The position numbers and the translations under genes were made by a program. The notes beneath the pieces are model-generated. The model was not told where the DNA came from, made no database searches, and saw nothing but the letters and a program-made list of their open reading frames with translations. Below, piece after piece: positions 27,547-36,826 of a stretch of 64,000 bases of DNA. Positions within the stretch are counted from its first letter, which is position 1, and each line of letters starts with the position of its first letter. This DNA comes from Gammaproteobacteria bacterium (GTDB taxonomy: Bacteria; Bacteroidota; Bacteroidia; Flavobacteriales_D; JABDKJ01): the NCBI GenBank assembly GCA_047638815.1, contig JBLIMR010000006.1, positions 6,805-70,804 of the forward strand, in the 5' to 3' direction.

Positions 27547-28083
27547 CTACTTTTTCACAGAATCATCTCGTAATCTCTCCCATCTCCACATTGGTCCATC
27601 TTCCTCGTCCTGCACTTCATCTATTTTTTTGAAGCCACATTTCTCTAACAATGAAGCAGATGGGTTGCTTGTTGCTAAGGTATGCGCACGGACCTTTTTA
27701 ACTGAATCATCCTTGAAAGCCAAATTAATTAAAATGTGTGTTATCTCTCTTGCGTATCCCCTATTTCGATATTGCTCTATAACCTCGTAACCAAGTTCCA
27801 CCATACCATCTGAATCAGGAGGCCCTTTAAATCCACAGCTTCCGATGACGGCATTCTTCCAAACATGTATCGGAAGATAGGTCCACCACTTCACATCCTG
27901 AGGGTTCTCTTTTATTTTACCCAAGGAATACTCAAAGGCCGGTGAGCCAAACTCAGACCAGTTTTCAAGTACTTGTATTTTCAGTAATTCTGCTAAAGCT
28001 TCATCTCCCTTAATAATTGCATGAAGTATTTCCTCAGTGCAATTAATTAACTTAACACGATCCTTTGTTGCCTTTCCGCTCAT
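27547..28083 (-). CDS. GNAT family N-acetyltransferase
   Basis: YRNRGYAREI acetyl-CoA binding (Q/RxxGxG/A-like) motif; size and pattern of a GNAT. Confidence 0.8.
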   Translation of the reverse strand: MSGKATKDRVKLINCTEEILHAIIKGDEALAELLKIQVLENWSEFGSPAFEYSLGKIKENPQDVKWWTYLPIHVWKNAVIGSCGFKGPPDSDGMVELGYEVIEQYRNRGYAREITHILINLAFKDDSVKKVRAHTLATSNPSASLLEKCGFKKIDEVQDEEDGPMWRWERLRDDSVKK

Positions 28084-28153
28084 ACGAACAAATCTAATTT
28101 AATTTAACGAGAAGCTGATTCCAAGAATGAAGAAAAAATTAATTCGATCATTT

Positions 28154-28831
28154 TTATTTTGTTCTGTATACTCTTTCAAGCTTTTTAAAAATATATCCCC
28201 CTTTTTCTGCACCCCATTTGCGAGTTCCCGAAGCATCAAATCCTCGATCCCATGAGATTATTTTACCCTTTAAAATCTCAACTTCACTGGTGGCATACGA
28301 TGCACCACGCATTGTGCTTTCACATATCTTTTCCCCGGTGGATCCTTTATAATTTTGATTTCCCGCCTTACGCAAAAGAACTTCGCAGCCATTTCGTAAT
28401 ATTAGATCATCTTCCGTTAACCTACTGAACGATTTAGGGTCTTTCCATTTACCAATCCAATCCGAATCGGCCTCCAGTTTAAAGATTTCCGTCTGAAGTG
28501 TATTATCATTCAATCGAGAAACTTTATAGACGCGCTGTCTATATGGCTTATCCTGCTTGGTACTGAGCGCTTGCTCAACATACAAGTATAAACCTCTATC
28601 CTCCCAAATGGGATACATATGCAGCGATCTGTTATAATACCTTGTATCAAGTTTAGCTTGTTCCGCAGAATTAAATGAGCCCTGCATTAACTCAAATATT
28701 TCTATGAGTTCATCATCTTTTTCCATCGCTTTTCGATCAATAACTGTGTCCACCACAATTTCCTTGCTCTGAGAGCATGATGTCGATAGTAAAATGACCA
28801 AGAATATATAAAGTATGTTTGACTTTTTCAT
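28154..28831 (-). CDS. CpcT/CpeT (bilin lyase family, lipocalin-like barrel) homolog, lipoprotein
   Basis: Lipobox LLSTSC. MQGSFNSAEQA...YPIW...PYRQRVYKV...C...GSTGEKICESTMRGASYATSEVEI...IISWDRGFDASGTRKWGAEKGGYIFKK follows the CpcT family pattern along the whole length. Confidence 0.7.
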   Translation of the reverse strand: MKKSNILYIFLVILLSTSCSQSKEIVVDTVIDRKAMEKDDELIEIFELMQGSFNSAEQAKLDTRYYNRSLHMYPIWEDRGLYLYVEQALSTKQDKPYRQRVYKVSRLNDNTLQTEIFKLEADSDWIGKWKDPKSFSRLTEDDLILRNGCEVLLRKAGNQNYKGSTGEKICESTMRGASYATSEVEILKGKIISWDRGFDASGTRKWGAEKGGYIFKKLERVYRTK

Positions 28832-28839
28832 GACAACTT

Positions 28840-29274
28840 TTATTTAAGCCAGCCTTTCTTGATGGATATGTTAGAAAATATGACTAAAAATATAGAAACG
28901 ATAAGAACTGAAATGGTCATAAAGGCGGAACCTTCCTCCAATATCTCCATTGCATTTATTAAAAATAACATATGAGACATTTGAACAATCACCGCAATTA
29001 ATGATACAAGAAGTAAAGGTTTAGCCAACATATTTTTCAACAGTAAGGCTAGACATCCTAAGACTCCTGTAAAAACAGCAATACCAAATGAAACAACCAC
29101 CCATAATGGCCTGTTTATTAAGAAGTTTTGTTCTATTTGAGATAATTCAGCCATTTCTGTTGGACTCATCGTCATCTGATGTATGAACATCATCAATCCT
29201 AAAATATTCCACAACAAAAGAATTAGTGATATTATCCAAAACCATATCGTAGGTCTTACCTTTCTTTCTGACAT
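28840..29274 (-). CDS. Hypothetical four-TM membrane protein
   Basis: Four hydrophobic helices. Ends 9 nt upstream of the CpcT-like gene, so probably co-transcribed. Confidence 0.5.
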   Translation of the reverse strand: MSERKVRPTIWFWIISLILLLWNILGLMMFIHQMTMSPTEMAELSQIEQNFLINRPLWVVVSFGIAVFTGVLGCLALLLKNMLAKPLLLVSLIAVIVQMSHMLFLINAMEILEEGSAFMTISVLIVSIFLVIFSNISIKKGWLK

Positions 29275-29419
29275 AATGAATTATGCTTTTAAATTATATT
29301 GCTTGTAAACATAAGGAATTATACAAGATTTAAGGTCAAGATGTATCCACCATATTAATAGTTGATTCAGCATTTTCTATATTGCTATAGTCCTTAAATA
29401 ATCCATTACCTTTACTTTC

Positions 29420-31192
29420 ATGAGATCGATTAATAAAACAATTTTGTGCTTTGTTTGCCATATTACCTTGTTGATCAGTATAAATTTATCAGCCCAAAAT
29501 AGAATTTTGGTTGACGGTTTTTTTGATGATTGGGATGATAAACCAGAAATCTATACTGATCAAAATGGAGACGGTGGGGATTCTGACATTGACTTTGGCA
29601 CCCTAAAAGTTTATAACGATGATGACTTCTTTTTCTTCTATCTTGAAGTTGGAATTGAAATTAATCTCCAAAGTGATTTTGATGTTACGCTTTATATCGA
29701 TGGAGATAACAACACCAGCACAGGTGAAGCTGTTAATGGTATTGGGGCAGAATTAAAGTATAACCTTGGAGCTCGTGAAGGTGAGATTTTTCTGACAGGA
29801 AGCACCTTTGACATTGGACATAATGATGTGGGCATCTTAAATGCTCCTACAGTGACATCCAATGTTTTTGAAATAGCCGTACGAAGAAATTTAAGTTTTT
29901 TCGAAGTCCCTTTATTTTCAAGTAACCAGATCTCAATTGCTTTTCTTGATGGTGTAAATGGAGATGAATTGCCCGGCAATAATGATCTCGTTAATTACAC
30001 GGTATCTTCAGATGAACAGGATGCATTGCCGAGTTATTCCATTTCAAAATCAGCAGATATTGATCTTAGAATACTTTCGTACAATGTCTTATTCAACAGT
30101 ATTTTTGATTCTGAAAAAGAACCGGCTTACACGCGAATACTCAATGCCATACAACCAGATATTATTGGTTTTCAAGAAATCTATGATTTCAATTCAGCAC
30201 AAGTAGCAGCACAAGTAGAGTCAATGATTCCTGCTGAAAATGGTGAAGAGTGGCATCATGCTCAAGCTGGATCTTCAGACAATCATGTTATCAGCAAACA
30301 TCCAATAATTGAGGACTATATAATTGAAGGATCTGGATCATCTGTCAATGGCGCCTTTTTGATTGATATATCAAATATAGACGAACCTCTTCTTTTCATT
30401 GTGGCACATACACCCTGCTGTGGGAACAATGAAGGTCGCCAAATTGAAATAGACGCGATTATGGCTTTTGTTAGAGATGCAAAAGCAGGTGTTGGCCCTC
30501 TTAGCCTGCCGATAAATAGTCCTATCATAATTATTGGTGATATGAACTTGGTTGGATATAAACAACAATTAGAAACTCTATTAACAGGTGACATCATCAA
30601 CAGTGAAGATTTTGGATCTGATTTTATGCCCGATTGGGATGGTTCCGATTTTGTGGATGCCAGACCATATACAAGCAACCTTCCAATGAACTTCACTTGG
30701 TACGATGAAGGAAGTAGTTTTAGTCCAGGGAGATTAGATTTTAATGTGTTCTCCGGTTCCGTTTTGTCATTAGAGAATTCCTTCTCACTTTTCACTCCTG
30801 CTCTACCTGAAGATAGTTTAGCAACCAACACCCTATTAGTAACTGATGTAGTTGTAGCGTCAGATCATCTGCCTCAAGTTTGTGATTTTAAACTGTTAAT
30901 TGCTGATGACATATCAGAATCATTGATTGATGATTTTGAGATTAACGTCTTTCCAAATCCCTCTACATGCCAATTTAATGTTGATTTCGAATTGAAAAAT
31001 CGAACCGTGGTTAATATCGAAATTCTTGATCTTTCTGGTAAGTTAATTCAAAAAATAATTCATCAAGAATTAGACGCAGGGTCGCAGTTAATTCCATTTA
31101 ATTTGAAAAGTATTTCGAACGAAAACTACCTTTTGAATATTACAATAAACGGAACAAGCATTACGCATAATCTGATATTAATTAAACCGTGA
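29420..31192 (+). CDS. Endonuclease/exonuclease/phosphatase (EEP) family protein with T9SS CTD
   Basis: LRILSYNV...IIGFQE...GDMNL...ASDHLPQVCDF EEP motifs. Acidic Ca-binding-like N-terminal domain. C-terminal INVFPNPSTCQFNV...ITHNLILIKP. Confidence 0.8.
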   Translation: MRSINKTILCFVCHITLLISINLSAQNRILVDGFFDDWDDKPEIYTDQNGDGGDSDIDFGTLKVYNDDDFFFFYLEVGIEINLQSDFDVTLYIDGDNNTSTGEAVNGIGAELKYNLGAREGEIFLTGSTFDIGHNDVGILNAPTVTSNVFEIAVRRNLSFFEVPLFSSNQISIAFLDGVNGDELPGNNDLVNYTVSSDEQDALPSYSISKSADIDLRILSYNVLFNSIFDSEKEPAYTRILNAIQPDIIGFQEIYDFNSAQVAAQVESMIPAENGEEWHHAQAGSSDNHVISKHPIIEDYIIEGSGSSVNGAFLIDISNIDEPLLFIVAHTPCCGNNEGRQIEIDAIMAFVRDAKAGVGPLSLPINSPIIIIGDMNLVGYKQQLETLLTGDIINSEDFGSDFMPDWDGSDFVDARPYTSNLPMNFTWYDEGSSFSPGRLDFNVFSGSVLSLENSFSLFTPALPEDSLATNTLLVTDVVVASDHLPQVCDFKLLIADDISESLIDDFEINVFPNPSTCQFNVDFELKNRTVVNIEILDLSGKLIQKIIHQELDAGSQLIPFNLKSISNENYLLNITINGTSITHNLILIKP

Positions 31193-31265
31193 TGTTTTAA
31201 TTAATGAAGTCAATTACATTTAGTTTGGACAATTTAAAATGCTTGAAAAATGAGCGCGGCATCAA

Positions 31266-32825
31266 CTACCTCTTCACAAACTCTTTAACTTCAGATATTT
31301 TCTCACAAGTAAATTCTAGATAATACATGCCTTGTGATAATTTACTGGCATCAATCTCTAAAGAAAAGCTACTTTCCATTACGGCCAATTCGGAATAAAT
31401 CACTTTACCTAACACATCGTAAATTCTGAGAGAAACTTCTCCTGAGATCATTTCATTAACCTGTAAGTTCATCGTCTCAGAAACGGGGTTTGGAAATAAA
31501 GTAATTTCCTCTTGTACTATAGAAACTTCATCCTCAATTCCAACCAGAAGATCCTCGTCCATGATAATAAATTCGTCACCAGGTTCGTAGTCGGCATATA
31601 TAAAATAACATAAAAACATTTCGTCCAATGTTGTAGAGCCTCCAGTGACTAATTGTGGCGGGTCAAAAGGGTTATCGTGGTTATTAATCGTGTTATCAAA
31701 CGAACCTTCACTCTTAATAATTGATCCTGCAGGAATATGTTTTACCGTTTGAAAAGTATAATATTTCTGCCAATGAAAATCCCAATGTGGAATATCGATT
31801 AGAGGATGTTCATCGCCTGCTGGATCCTCATACCATACTTTATATGATCGACCCAAAAGATGCATGTGTGGACAAATAGAGATTAATGATATATCTATAG
31901 AAGTCGGCTGTGTAATCTGATGAAACGTTGTAACCTCATTTGGCGGAATGACCAATGGGCCATCGATCAGCATTGAAGGGCTTTGATTAAGGAACCATTG
32001 CACGGTCACCGGCCTTATATCATCACCTGGACTTGTAAGAAATTGTAAATTCATTTTGGTATTATCTGTCAAACCCTGTCCTCCTGGACCATAGTGAATC
32101 TCGATGACATAGTCTGCACCAGCTGGAATTTTGATGCCCCAATCAATTGGATACTCCACAATATTGCCACCTGGCTGCCATGCATTGATATAGACACTTG
32201 TCGCTGGCCAACTAGTACTTGAATTGAATCCAGGTAGCGGATCCGCATCATCATAAGCCATCGAATTGCCCGATGCATCATAGTATAAGTCTACATGATG
32301 GACAACGCTTTCCAATCCAGAAACAACCTCGAGTTTTGAGAGATACACATCTTCTGTACTAGTATTTTCGAAAGCAAACCACCGATATTCATCTCCATTA
32401 AATTGCAACGTGTAAGGTTCGATTTCCAAAGTAAGATCAATGGTTTCTAAGAGTGACCCTGGCTCCGGAAAAACAGGCAATGGTGGTTCTAAAGTTATAT
32501 CTCCAATTGGCATATCATTCTCTGCCCACCACACTATTGCTTCTATATCCTCATCACTTAATACGGCTTCATTGGCAAAATGCATATAGTCAGGATCAGC
32601 AGGCCATGGTGGCATGTCTCTATGATTAACCGCCAGTGCTATCGGAAAAGCGCCATCAGAAACTTCAGTGTAATTCACCAAGGTAAATGGTGCAATTCCA
32701 CCATCTCTATGACACGAAACACAATTTTCGAAAATTATTGGTGCGATGTCTTCGCTCCAGTTATATCCTTGAGCAGTCATATTGATTGAGCAAAATATCA
32801 ACAGAATTGACAAAGAATTTTTCAT
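31266..32825 (-). CDS. Heme-c motif + PHM/DBH-like copper monooxygenase-fold protein with T9SS CTD
   Basis: Signal peptide. CVSCHRDGGIAPFTL (CxxCH). VVHHVDLY, IEIHYGP, CPHMHLLG and DEMFLCYFIY line up with the HH...H...HxH...M copper ligand pattern of peptidylglycine alpha-hydroxylating monooxygenase. C-terminal ITLFPNPVSETMNLQV...KEFVKR. Confidence 0.65.
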   Translation of the reverse strand: MKNSLSILLIFCSINMTAQGYNWSEDIAPIIFENCVSCHRDGGIAPFTLVNYTEVSDGAFPIALAVNHRDMPPWPADPDYMHFANEAVLSDEDIEAIVWWAENDMPIGDITLEPPLPVFPEPGSLLETIDLTLEIEPYTLQFNGDEYRWFAFENTSTEDVYLSKLEVVSGLESVVHHVDLYYDASGNSMAYDDADPLPGFNSSTSWPATSVYINAWQPGGNIVEYPIDWGIKIPAGADYVIEIHYGPGGQGLTDNTKMNLQFLTSPGDDIRPVTVQWFLNQSPSMLIDGPLVIPPNEVTTFHQITQPTSIDISLISICPHMHLLGRSYKVWYEDPAGDEHPLIDIPHWDFHWQKYYTFQTVKHIPAGSIIKSEGSFDNTINNHDNPFDPPQLVTGGSTTLDEMFLCYFIYADYEPGDEFIIMDEDLLVGIEDEVSIVQEEITLFPNPVSETMNLQVNEMISGEVSLRIYDVLGKVIYSELAVMESSFSLEIDASKLSQGMYYLEFTCEKISEVKEFVKR

Positions 32826-33059
32826 GTCAGCAGGTTTAGTAATATCTCATCTCAAATATAACATTTTTTTATTTCACTTTTGAATATCAGCCGTTTAACC
32901 TTGGTTCAAATTCAAATATAATTATGTATAATGTCTGACTTGAAAAAAAGATTCAACAAGTAAATTCTATGTTGAAGAAATTTATTTCACTAAAATTAAT
33001 TGCTCCCCGTAGCTATTTAAAGTATATTTAGCTACCAAAATTAACCTAAACAACTATTC

Positions 33060-33851
33060 ATGAAATCACTCATCTTTTGTATGGGTATCATCTGTCTTAT
33101 TTATGCCATAAGTTGCAGCCCTGAACGTCAAAACTTTAATGAATATGAATTTGTAAATCAACACTCCAATACACTTGATGAGTTAGTGTTAAGCAAGGAG
33201 CCATCAGTGATGATCGACCAAGTTATGGAAGCCATGGGAGGTGCATCAAAATGGCATGATCTGCATTATGTCTCTTGGACATTCTTTGAATCACGACACT
33301 TGGTCTGGGATAAAATAAAAAACCGAGTTAGAATTGAAAATCACAAAGACTCTTCTGTTTATCTATTAGATATGAAAACAAATATGGGGAGATATGCTAT
33401 AGCAGGAAGAGAACTCCCTGAGGGACCTCAATTGCAAGCTAAAATGGTAGATGCCAAAAGCATGTGGATAAATGATATGTACTGGTTATTTATGCCTTTC
33501 AAATTAAATGATCCAGGGGTTAATGTACGATATGTGAAAGAAGCTAAATCAACTTTGAATCATAGCTGTTCTGTATTTTCATTAACGTTTGAAGCGGTTG
33601 GCGAAACGCCACAAAACAAATACGACATTTTAGTTGACCATGAAGATCATCTCATAAAGCAATGGGACTTTTATCAAGAATCAAGTGCTGATTCTGCGGA
33701 TGTATCCTGGCCATGGGATAATTACAAATCCTACGATGATCTATTATTATCTGCCGAAAGATCTGATAAAAAAGGTCCTTCAAATGTACGAGTGTATGAT
33801 ACCCTGGATGACAAAGTGTTTTCCTCATTGGAAGGTTTTGAATTCTATTGA
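33060..33851 (+). CDS. Hypothetical lipoprotein
   Basis: Lipobox IYAISC. No family recognised. Confidence 0.5.
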   Translation: MKSLIFCMGIICLIYAISCSPERQNFNEYEFVNQHSNTLDELVLSKEPSVMIDQVMEAMGGASKWHDLHYVSWTFFESRHLVWDKIKNRVRIENHKDSSVYLLDMKTNMGRYAIAGRELPEGPQLQAKMVDAKSMWINDMYWLFMPFKLNDPGVNVRYVKEAKSTLNHSCSVFSLTFEAVGETPQNKYDILVDHEDHLIKQWDFYQESSADSADVSWPWDNYKSYDDLLLSAERSDKKGPSNVRVYDTLDDKVFSSLEGFEFY

Positions 33852-33903
33852 TAATAAATCAAGAACAAATTCCAGATATATAATTTTAGAATCAATAGAT
33901 AAC

Positions 33904-34653
33904 TTAACGTTTCACAAACCTCAAGGTCACACTTGATAACTTTGTGCTAAGTCGAATTAAGTACACCCCAGATTGCAATCCAGCAATACTAATTTGACCA
34001 ACACTATTTTCCAATTGCCCACTTGATATTTGACTCCCAAGTAAATTGAATATTTCAAAATTCACCGATGTCTGATCCATTTGATAATTCAATACATCTA
34101 CATTATTCGAATTACTTATACTGAAATTGATATCCTCCAATTCTTCCACCCCTACGATCTCCTCACAATTATCAGCTAAATCAATCAACGGTTGCGGATT
34201 ATTATAAATAGGTGATGTTCCTTGATACTCGAAACTTCCGTCAGGACAGATAACAAAATATCTTGGTTGATAAGTAATGTTCCATAATTCGTCAATCACG
34301 TCTTCTGCCTCTGTAATAACCGGACTCTCTATGCCATACATACTAATATATTGCGCTTCATTACTGGTACTGGCATCTCTCTCAAATGACAATAGAACCA
34401 TTGTTTCGTCACCACCTTGTCCATGAAGATTATAAAGACTTTCCCATCCTCCAACAGACTGTTGGCAATTAGGACACCATGTAGCAAAAACATCAATAAC
34501 TACAGTTTTACCCTGATCTAAGTATGTTTGTAGATTATGCGTAACACCTTCTAAATCGGTATAGGTAAAATCTGGAAATGTTTCCCCATCCGGCTGCGCT
34601 ATTGCTGATGTACTTATAAGGAGTGCCAAAAGCAATTGTAATATTCTCTTCAT
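33904..34653 (-). CDS. TlpA-like thioredoxin-fold protein with T9SS CTD
   Basis: Signal peptide (ATG 34653 gives MKRILQLLLALLISTSAIAQ). VFATWCPNCQQS active site. C-terminal SGVYLIRLSTKLSSVTLRFVKR CTD. Confidence 0.75.
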   Translation of the reverse strand: MKRILQLLLALLISTSAIAQPDGETFPDFTYTDLEGVTHNLQTYLDQGKTVVIDVFATWCPNCQQSVGGWESLYNLHGQGGDETMVLLSFERDASTSNEAQYISMYGIESPVITEAEDVIDELWNITYQPRYFVICPDGSFEYQGTSPIYNNPQPLIDLADNCEEIVGVEELEDINFSISNSNNVDVLNYQMDQTSVNFEIFNLLGSQISSGQLENSVGQISIAGLQSGVYLIRLSTKLSSVTLRFVKR

Positions 34654-34736
34654 GAAAAATAATTTTAACAAAAATACGACACAATAGCCTTAAGGGAAAG
34701 ACCCTTGCGGACATTTCCTTAAAATTTAATCATTAA

Positions 34737-35957
34737 TCAACGATCTCGAGGGCTTCCTACCATAAAAAGGACAAGAATCAGGAGTAGGGACACCGCAATT
34801 AGACCTACACCGACACCAAAAGTATCCGCACTAAAACCAAGAATTAATGCCAATACTGAAGTAATTATACTGGCATAAAAAGATTCTGCTGAAATTACTG
34901 ATGTCAGTATTTCGTTTGGAACATTATTGGACAATACACCAGTAAGGATAGGCTTTCTTAGATTTTCAACAACGAATATTACAACAAATAATATGAAGGA
35001 GAGTAACCAGAATTCCATTTGAAACATGATTCCACATATGGCTCCAGTAAAAAGCCCAATTAAGATAGAAAATGTTGTGACGTTCTTAAACTTCAAGTTA
35101 TAAAAACGATTGGAATTTTTGGAGGCATAAGAAGACAAGAGATAGATTATAAAATACAAAATACCGACAATCAATCCGCTTTTTTTCTTTTCCTCCATCG
35201 TCAATAATATTGGAGTCATTATAGCTATACTAACCATGATGGGCTGTATATAATCCTTTATGGCCTTCAAAAAAGAAGTATGGATTGCTGCAGAATTTAT
35301 AACTCTTAGTACCTCTCTCTTTTTAAGCATTGCGGCAAAGTTTTTTACAACTGACCTCAGCGTATTATGTCCTGATCTCTTCTTTGAAGAAAAATTAATC
35401 TCCGATGGATAAGAAGCCACATTCAACAAATTCAAGAAATATGGGAGGAGAGCAAAAAGAAAAACAAAACGATAACTGCCCGTATACATGACTAGAAAAC
35501 CAGCCGCTAGAGAGGACAATGCAGAACCCAACTGAGACCACGATCGAGTGTGACCATAATAGTCTACCTTGTGCTCTTGCCAATGATTAAGGTTGAGATA
35601 ATCCATTATCATTCCCTTATGTGTCCCCGATCGAAATGCATCTCCCAAACCGTAACATAACATGGCCATCAAAAGCATCGTAAAATTCGCTGAAAAATAA
35701 AAAATCAGAAACGATAAAATGTATACTGCAAAAGAACCCAAAAGTGATTTCTTTCTTCCGTATGTATCAGCTATTATGCCTGAAGGGATCTCTGCCAGAT
35801 TCGTGATGATTTCCCTGGCTGCATATAATATTCCAATATTGGCATAGGTCAAACCGCTTTCCAGAAAAAAAAGCAAAAGAAAGGCATCAAAAAAACGTAA
35901 GTTTTTTAGAAAGCCATAGGTGCAGAATTTTCTATACTGGGTGTCCTTGGAATACAA
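34737..35957 (-). CDS. MFS transporter
   Basis: About 12 TM helices; DTYGRKKS loop motif between TM2 and TM3. Confidence 0.8.
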   Translation of the reverse strand: MYSKDTQYRKFCTYGFLKNLRFFDAFLLLFFLESGLTYANIGILYAAREIITNLAEIPSGIIADTYGRKKSLLGSFAVYILSFLIFYFSANFTMLLMAMLCYGLGDAFRSGTHKGMIMDYLNLNHWQEHKVDYYGHTRSWSQLGSALSSLAAGFLVMYTGSYRFVFLFALLPYFLNLLNVASYPSEINFSSKKRSGHNTLRSVVKNFAAMLKKREVLRVINSAAIHTSFLKAIKDYIQPIMVSIAIMTPILLTMEEKKKSGLIVGILYFIIYLLSSYASKNSNRFYNLKFKNVTTFSILIGLFTGAICGIMFQMEFWLLSFILFVVIFVVENLRKPILTGVLSNNVPNEILTSVISAESFYASIITSVLALILGFSADTFGVGVGLIAVSLLLILVLFMVGSPRDR

Positions 35958-36057
35958 ACTGCTTTTTATTACTGATGTGTAGCAAATTAAAGCAATATTC
36001 GATTAACGAACATTGACACAGAGTTGCCTTATTTTTTAATTAGAATTCTAATTGCAT

Positions 36058-36258
36058 TTAATCTTCATTCTCCAATGAAAAAAATTCATTAACAGATTTT
36101 CCAAACTCCCGAGAGAGTTTAAGAGACAGCAAGGTTGAGGGTACATATCGATTTTTCTCGATCGAATTTATCGTCTGTCTCGAGACGCCAATTCGCTGAG
36201 CCAATTCATCTTGAGTAATGTCAAGTATAGCCCGTTCAACTTTTAATGTATTCCTCAT
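36058..36258 (-). CDS. XRE-family helix-turn-helix transcriptional regulator (small, YozG-like)
   Basis: 66 aa: ILDITQDELAQRIGVSRQTINSIEKNRYVPSTLLSLKLSREFG. Confidence 0.85.
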   Translation of the reverse strand: MRNTLKVERAILDITQDELAQRIGVSRQTINSIEKNRYVPSTLLSLKLSREFGKSVNEFFSLENED

Positions 36259-36698
36259 GAAGTTACTCGCTTTTTAAGATTAAAATAAAATATTTGAATG
36301 GCCAATAAAATCCATAAAATAACAAAGTCCCCAACGTCTTCGAATTTCGGATTCGACTCTGTTACTCCATCAAGAATATAGACTGTAAATGGCATCAAAA
36401 AGGCGTAAATTATCGCAGTTATAAAGGCCATAAAATAGGATTGCATTCTTATGTCTTTTATTCTTTCGTCTTCGATAATTTCACGAGATATTGAAACGCT
36501 AAACAGTCCTAGCAAAATGACATATTTAGCAACAATTTTTGTCAGCTCAGGAACATTTGTTACACCGTTGAGCAGAAGTGTAATAAATCCGACAACTACC
36601 ATTATCCAACCGATTTTTTTGTATCCTGTAGGAAGCTGTATTAATTTGACTTTGTCAATACTTTCTAATTCCTTCTCTATATGTGATCGCATTTTCAT
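36255..36698 (-). CDS. Hypothetical membrane protein translationally coupled to the XRE regulator
   Basis: Four TM helices; stop overlaps the HTH start (ATGA). Confidence 0.55.
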   Translation of the reverse strand: MKMRSHIEKELESIDKVKLIQLPTGYKKIGWIMVVVGFITLLLNGVTNVPELTKIVAKYVILLGLFSVSISREIIEDERIKDIRMQSYFMAFITAIIYAFLMPFTVYILDGVTESNPKFEDVGDFVILWILLAIQIFYFNLKKRVTS

Positions 36699-36826
36699 AT
36701 TCTTAATTTTATATCACCTCCTTTCCTTTATGGAAAGTTTTATTTACTTTTTGACAAATATACTTTACTTTTTTGAACAAAGCAAATTATGCTTTATTCG
36801 ATACATTTGAATTTATTTAGATAATT

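Noticed and set aside
30316-30831. 171-aa antisense ORF inside the EEP/T9SS gene
   Set aside because: It is fully nested antisense to a gene with clear EEP motifs. The translation is low-complexity Ser/Lys-rich.
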